Part shown: piece after piece, positions 59,174 through 64,000 of the stretch
How the letters are laid out: the number at the start of each line of letters is the position of its first letter
Numbering within the stretch: position 1 is the first letter of the stretch
Assembly (NCBI GenBank): GCA_965227775.1
Contig: OZ245777.1
Coordinates: forward strand, 192,001 to 256,000
Direction of reading: 5' to 3'
DNA length: 64,000 nucleotides
Source: Phycisphaerales bacterium
GTDB lineage: Bacteria > Planctomycetota > Phycisphaerae > Phycisphaerales > UBA1924
The notes under the pieces: generated by a model
The model's input: the letters and a program-made list of their open reading frames with translations, nothing else
Databases searched by the model: none
What the model was told of the DNA's origin: nothing
Position numbers and translations under genes: made by a program

Positions 59174-60599
59174 GCTGCCTTCTGCCTCTGGCGGCCTCGT
59201 GCTCGGGCATCTCGGTTGAGAGCCGCCGCGCGACTTCGATCACGAGCGTGTCGTCTTCGGGCATGCCGTGGCGACGGCTGTCGAGTTCGCCGATGATGCG
59301 ACGGGGCCATTCGCCCGGGTCGCACTCCACGCGAGCGAGCATGGCAGTCAGCCACGAGCGGCCGATGCACTTGCCCTGCTCGTTACGGGCCTCCATCGCG
59401 CCATCGGTGTAGGCGATGAGCATGTCGCCGGGCACGAAAGGGTGCGACCGCGGATCGGCGTGGAAGTCTTCGGGCAGGCACGCACCCAGCACGATCGCGG
59501 TCGAGTCGAGCTCTTCGATCGTGCCGTCGACGCCGCGCAGGAACATGGGCGGATGCCCGGCGTTGGCGTAGGTCAGCTCGTTGGTCGTCGGGTCGATCCT
59601 CAGGCAGACCGCCGACGCATAGATGCTGTGCTGGGCGAGCGTCAGGTGCACGTAGCGATTCAACAATCCCAGCACGTGGCCGGGGTCGGCGTGCGGATCT
59701 TCCGCGTAGATGCGCTCGAGCTCACCGTGCAGGCGGTTCACCGTAAGCGCGGCCGCCAATCCGTGGCCCGTGACATCGAGCAACACGAGGTTGATCGGCA
59801 CGCGGCCTTCGATACCCGGGCTCTCGCTGAAGAACAGGAAGTCTCCGCCGATCTGGCGCATGGGCTGGTAGGTGTAGCGGAAGATCATATCGCCGACGTC
59901 GCGCGGCTCGGGGAAGAGATCTTCGTGGATGCGCCGGGCATCGGTCATCTCTCGCCGGACCTCGCCGTAGCGAGTCGACAAGAACCGCATCTTGTACGCT
60001 CGCATCCGGCTGCTGTGCTTAACAGCACAGATCGCAAAGCCCGGCGCAACGAAGGCCGGGAAGAACGCGAGCCACAGCCAGGCGAGGCTTGGCGGAAGAT
60101 TCATCGCCACGTACGCCACGGCATGCAACCCGAGCACCAGGCCGACCGTCTTATAAACCTCGCTGGGTGACCACGGCAGGAAGATCGACGCCAGGAAGAA
60201 CGAGATTCCGAATCCAAAGGTCGCAGTCGGGAAGACGCCACCAAAACTACCCATTCCCGGCAAGTCCAGCAGCGTCGTGATAAGGCCGATTGCGCCGATG
60301 TACACGAGCAAGACGCGCGTGAGCCAGAGCAGAGCCGGCTTATCCGGCCTGCTGCGGCGCACTCGCACAAAAAACCAGACATAGACGCCGATGTCGACGA
60401 ACGTCACGGCAGTCATGCCAAGCCGAGAAGCCAAGGGCACTTCGGCCGGACTGATCCACATCAACACGGCGCCAAGCAAGCCAAAGGCCCAGAGCCCCAG
60501 CATCGCACCCAGGAACCACAGGAACCGCCGACGGAGCAGCACGCCGGTCTCGGCGTCGAACTCCTGCGCGAACTCACTGGTGTATGTGGCGGTGGCCAT
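59166..60599 (-). CDS. Membrane-bound PP2C/SpoIIE-type serine phosphatase
   Basis: N-terminal multi-TM region; IGGDF, DVTGHGLAAA, NAGHPP, YTDGAME, DDTL. Confidence 0.9.
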   Translation of the reverse strand: MATATYTSEFAQEFDAETGVLLRRRFLWFLGAMLGLWAFGLLGAVLMWISPAEVPLASRLGMTAVTFVDIGVYVWFFVRVRRSRPDKPALLWLTRVLLVYIGAIGLITTLLDLPGMGSFGGVFPTATFGFGISFFLASIFLPWSPSEVYKTVGLVLGLHAVAYVAMNLPPSLAWLWLAFFPAFVAPGFAICAVKHSSRMRAYKMRFLSTRYGEVRREMTDARRIHEDLFPEPRDVGDMIFRYTYQPMRQIGGDFLFFSESPGIEGRVPINLVLLDVTGHGLAAALTVNRLHGELERIYAEDPHADPGHVLGLLNRYVHLTLAQHSIYASAVCLRIDPTTNELTYANAGHPPMFLRGVDGTIEELDSTAIVLGACLPEDFHADPRSHPFVPGDMLIAYTDGAMEARNEQGKCIGRSWLTAMLARVECDPGEWPRRIIGELDSRRHGMPEDDTLVIEVARRLSTEMPEHEAARGRRQHA

Positions 60600-60610
60600 G
60601 TCGGCTCGAC

Positions 60611-61216
60611 TCAGGCGTGCGGGTGATTGGTGTCCCGGTTCGCGCCGGGCTTCCACAGAACGTCGCCGCTGGTGTTGGCAACGCGGCCGAGCACGAAGAG
60701 CAGGTCGCTCAGCCTATTGAGATATCGGATTACGGTCGGGTTCGTTTCGTCGGGCTCGGCCTCGAGCACCTGGGACGACAGCCGCTCCGCCCGGCGGACG
60801 ATCGTGCGGGCCAGATGCAGGGCGGCGGCGGCACGCATTCCACCCGGCAGAACGAAGCTCTTGAGCGGCTCCAAACCCTCGTTGTAGTGATCGATGAGGT
60901 CCTCCAAGCGCTCGACCTGTCCCTCGATCACCCTGAGCCGCTCGTCCTCTTTGCCATCGTCCTTCACCGGCGTACAAAGGTCGGCTCCACAATCGAACAG
61001 GTCGTGCTGGAGGCTCTCAAGGATGGTCGCCAGAGCCTCGACCGGGCCACCGGCGTCCCGGCAGGCGATGATGGCCAGCCCCAGGGCGGCGTTGGCCTCG
61101 TCTGTCGTGCCGTAGGCCTCGACGCGCGGGTCGGCCTTCGCGACGCGAGAGCCATCGCCCAGGCCCGTGCTGCCGTCATCGCCCGTTCGGGTGTAAATCT
61201 TGTTGAGCTTGACCAT
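60611..61216 (-). CDS. ATP:cob(I)alamin adenosyltransferase, PduO-type
   Basis: KIYTRTGDDGSTGL, EAYGTTDEANA, FVLPGG, ARTIVRRAER, YLNRLSDLLFV. Confidence 0.95.
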   Translation of the reverse strand: MVKLNKIYTRTGDDGSTGLGDGSRVAKADPRVEAYGTTDEANAALGLAIIACRDAGGPVEALATILESLQHDLFDCGADLCTPVKDDGKEDERLRVIEGQVERLEDLIDHYNEGLEPLKSFVLPGGMRAAAALHLARTIVRRAERLSSQVLEAEPDETNPTVIRYLNRLSDLLFVLGRVANTSGDVLWKPGANRDTNHPHA

Positions 61217-61268
61217 CCGACAGCTTCTCCCGGTAGACCCGCCTGCGAACCGAACTAGTCTACGGCTG

Positions 61269-63047
61269 ATGCCCCCCCCCGCTCCCCAAAGTGCTCCCCA
61301 GATTGCCTCCGCAAGCCTTCGTGGACTCACGAAGCGGTGGCGGCTTCCCGAGCCGGCAGGAGTGCTCGATCCATCGCTGCCGCCGCTGGTCGCCCGGGTG
61401 CTGGCGACCCGACCAGCCTTGAGCGCCGCTGGCCTGGACCCCAAGCTCACGGGCCTGCACGATCCCTCGGGCATCCCCGATCTCGATCGGGCCGCGGGGA
61501 TGCTGCTCGAAGCGGGGCGGGCGGGCGAGACCATCGCGATCTACGGCGACTACGACGTCGACGGCACCACGGGCTCGGCCATCCTGCACCACATCCTGCG
61601 GGTGCTGTGCCCAGCAGCGAAGCTGCTGCACTACGTGCCCCACCGCCTGCGCGACGGGTACGGCGTGCACGCTCACGCCATCGACACGCTGGCCGGCAAT
61701 GGCGTTTCGATCATCGTGACAGTCGACTGTGGTATCACGGCCGCCGAACCCGCCCTTCGCGCGCGCGAGCTCGGTGTTCGGCTCATCATCACCGATCACC
61801 ACAATCCGCCGGCTTCGGTCGACGATCTGCCGAAAGCCGACGCCGTGGTGCACCCCGGCCGGCCCGACTCGGCCTACCCGTTCGATGGGCTGTGCGGCGC
61901 AGGCGTTGCCTTCAAGCTGGCGTGGCGCATGGCGACGCTGGCGGGCGAGGATGGGCGCGCAGCCGCCGAGCCGCGGGCACTCCTGCTCGACTTGCTGCCT
62001 CTGGCTGCGCTCGGCACCGTCGCGGACGTGTCGCCGCTGATCAATGAGAACCGGATCCTTGTCACGCACGGGCTGGCGCTCATGCGGCGAACCCGCGTGC
62101 GCGGCCTGGCGGCGCTCGCGGACCGATGCGTGCGCGAGCAGCGACCGATCAGCGTGGGCGATCTTGGCTTCCGGCTCGGCCCACGCATCAATGCCCTCGG
62201 GCGCGTGGCCGAGGCAGACGAGGCCATCGAGCTCCTGACGACCAGCGATGAGGATCGCATCGAGTCCATCTGCGACGCGATGGACGAATTGAACCAGCAG
62301 CGCCAGGCGATCGAGAAGCTGATCGTCGAGCAGGCCTGCGCCGAAGCCGAGCGGCTTGGAATGGATCGCGACGATCACCGCGCGATCGTGCTTGCCCACG
62401 AGGACTGGCATCCTGGCGTCATCGGCATCGCCTGCTCGCGTCTGGTCGAGCGTTTCAACCGGCCGACCATCCTGCTCCAGCGCGAAGGGGAACGCTGCAA
62501 GGGCAGCGGGCGGAGCATTCCGGGCTTCAACCTGCACGGCGCGGTCACGGCGTGCTCCGACTGCGTCGACTCGTTCGGCGGGCACAACGCCGCGATCGGC
62601 CTCAAGATCTCGACGAACAAGCTGGTTGCTTTCACGGACGCGCTTGTCGCGCACGCGAACGACCACATCACGGTCGACGACCTCACGCCCGAAGTCCGCA
62701 TCGATGCGGACGCGCCATTGCGCGAGCTCGATGAATCCACGGTGCACGCGCTCGAGAAGCTGGGCCCGTTCGGTAGAGGGAATCCGACGCCGCGCGTACG
62801 CCTGCGGCACGTGCGGGTCGCCCAGCCGCCGATGCTGATGGGCTCGTCCAGCTCGCACATGTCCATGCTTGTGCGCGATGAGGCGGGCGCGGTGCTGAAG
62901 CTCGTGGGCTGGGGCTGGGGCCGCCACGCCGAGCACGTCCGCAATGGAGAAACCCTGGACGTGGTGATCACGCCCAGGGTCGAGGAGTATCGCGGTCGAC
63001 GTTCGGTTCGCGGCGAGATCGCCGACGTCCGAGTGTCGGATGATTGA
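61269..63047 (+). CDS. recJ: Single-stranded-DNA-specific exonuclease RecJ
   Basis: YGDYDVDG, TVDCG, ITDHH, LGTVADV, PRINALGR, KGSGRS, GGHNAAIG. Confidence 0.95.
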   Translation: MPPPAPQSAPQIASASLRGLTKRWRLPEPAGVLDPSLPPLVARVLATRPALSAAGLDPKLTGLHDPSGIPDLDRAAGMLLEAGRAGETIAIYGDYDVDGTTGSAILHHILRVLCPAAKLLHYVPHRLRDGYGVHAHAIDTLAGNGVSIIVTVDCGITAAEPALRARELGVRLIITDHHNPPASVDDLPKADAVVHPGRPDSAYPFDGLCGAGVAFKLAWRMATLAGEDGRAAAEPRALLLDLLPLAALGTVADVSPLINENRILVTHGLALMRRTRVRGLAALADRCVREQRPISVGDLGFRLGPRINALGRVAEADEAIELLTTSDEDRIESICDAMDELNQQRQAIEKLIVEQACAEAERLGMDRDDHRAIVLAHEDWHPGVIGIACSRLVERFNRPTILLQREGERCKGSGRSIPGFNLHGAVTACSDCVDSFGGHNAAIGLKISTNKLVAFTDALVAHANDHITVDDLTPEVRIDADAPLRELDESTVHALEKLGPFGRGNPTPRVRLRHVRVAQPPMLMGSSSSHMSMLVRDEAGAVLKLVGWGWGRHAEHVRNGETLDVVITPRVEEYRGRRSVRGEIADVRVSDD

Positions 63048-63053
63048 CGGGGC

Positions 63054-64000
63054 TTACTGGCCGTCGTCGGGCACGGTCACGAACGTCTCGGCGTACTGGG
63101 CGTCGAGGGCGGCGATCATGCGGGCGACGTTCTCGTTGCTCGGGTCCAGCTTCTGAGCCGCCTCGAAGCTCGAGCGGGCCAGGCCGGGCATCTCGGCCTG
63201 CTGGGCGATGAGGCCCCGCAGGATGAGCGGCGAGGCATCGTCCTCGCTGCGTTGGATGGCCAGGTCGAGGCTCTGCAGAGCCGCGTCGAGGTCACCCATG
63301 CCTCGCTGCTGAAGAGCGCGGAGCAGGTAGCCCTCGCTGCGCTGGGGAGCCAGCGCGATAACGCGCCCGGCGGCGCGGCGCACACGCGCCATGTCGCGCA
63401 GCTGGTAGCACACGTGACCGAGCTGGATCCAGGCGTCCAGATCCTTCTCGCCGCCCTCGCCCTCGGTCAGGCTCACGAGCACGTCGCGCGCCTCAACGGG
63501 GCGATCGACCTCGACGAGGCAGCGGGCCCGCATGTGCTGCAGGTCGCGGCGATCATCGAAGCCTTCCTTGTTCATGAGCTCGGCAAGGTTGAACTCGGCC
63601 TCGGCGAAGCGACCGGCGGCCAGCTCCGAGCGGGCGAGGTCCTCGAGCACGCCGGGATCATCGGGCGCCAGGAAGCGGGCCTCGGTGAACCAGTCGGAAG
63701 CCTGCACGGCGTCACCGCGCATCATGGCGATGTGGCCGAGCGTCTGGCGGATGCCAGCGTTGTGGCGATAGAGATCGAGGCGATCCTTGAGGTAGCTCTC
63801 GGCATCATCGGTACGGCCGATGTCGATGAGCATCTCGGCGGCGGCGACGGCGTAGATGGCGCGGGCGGTGTCAAGCTCTGCGGCGGCCTGATAACGCTCC
63901 ATGGCCTTCTCCTTCTCACCAATGCGTTCGTAAGCAACGCCCAGGAAGTACTGGGTGTCGACGTCCTCGGGGTCGAGCACTTCGGCCTTACCCAACGAGT
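63054..64000 (-). CDS. Tetratricopeptide repeat protein, 5'-truncated by the window edge
   Basis: Multiple TPR-like helical repeats (YFLGVAYE...A..LD; ...AQKLDPSN). Confidence 0.85.
   Translation of the reverse strand, partial: SLGKAEVLDPEDVDTQYFLGVAYERIGEKEKAMERYQAAAELDTARAIYAVAAAEMLIDIGRTDDAESYLKDRLDLYRHNAGIRQTLGHIAMMRGDAVQASDWFTEARFLAPDDPGVLEDLARSELAAGRFAEAEFNLAELMNKEGFDDRRDLQHMRARCLVEVDRPVEARDVLVSLTEGEGGEKDLDAWIQLGHVCYQLRDMARVRRAAGRVIALAPQRSEGYLLRALQQRGMGDLDAALQSLDLAIQRSEDDASPLILRGLIAQQAEMPGLARSSFEAAQKLDPSNENVARMIAALDAQYAETFVTVPDDGQ

Noticed and set aside
59166..60599. PP2C and STAS (30683-31069) as one partner-switching locus
   Set aside because: They lie 28 kb apart with no anti-sigma kinase nearby, so a link cannot be supported from this window.

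Overview
A GC-rich (by eye about 65-70%), gene-dense bacterial chromosome segment, most likely a Phycisphaerales planctomycete. That assignment is inferred from six secreted proteins ending in a double EF-hand, dockerin-like 'Gly-Cys-X-stop' module, plus FG-GAP proteins and a CxxC...CPECG membrane protein. I support about 55 CDS and two tRNA-Leu genes. I see no rRNA, CRISPR array, transposase, integrase or prophage. Housekeeping genes include rpmE, a stand-alone atpC, speB, rsmG, mrdA-rodA, a DinG-family helicase, dinB, recA, recJ, glmS, thiG, a PduO-type adenosyltransferase and a DEAD-box helicase. Most notable: (1) a four-gene envelope operon in which an intact phosphoglycosyl transferase sits with an exosortase lacking its catalytic Cys and His, an EpsI-like partner lacking its His/Cys motif, and degenerate nucleotidyltransferase modules; (2) the GC-dockerin protein family, with strict Cys covariation, an N-terminal Gln rule and nucleotide-level tail sharing; (3) a secreted multidomain GH38 divergent from a self-contained Frw-like PTS; (4) a CCCGAACA-N10-TGTTCGGG palindrome over the recA -35 element; (5) many apparently leaderless and bidirectional TAnnnT promoters; (6) a histone H1-like Lys/Thr-rich small protein. 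All calls come from reading motifs by eye, with no database search. Several start codons were moved from the ORF track using RBS or -10 evidence.
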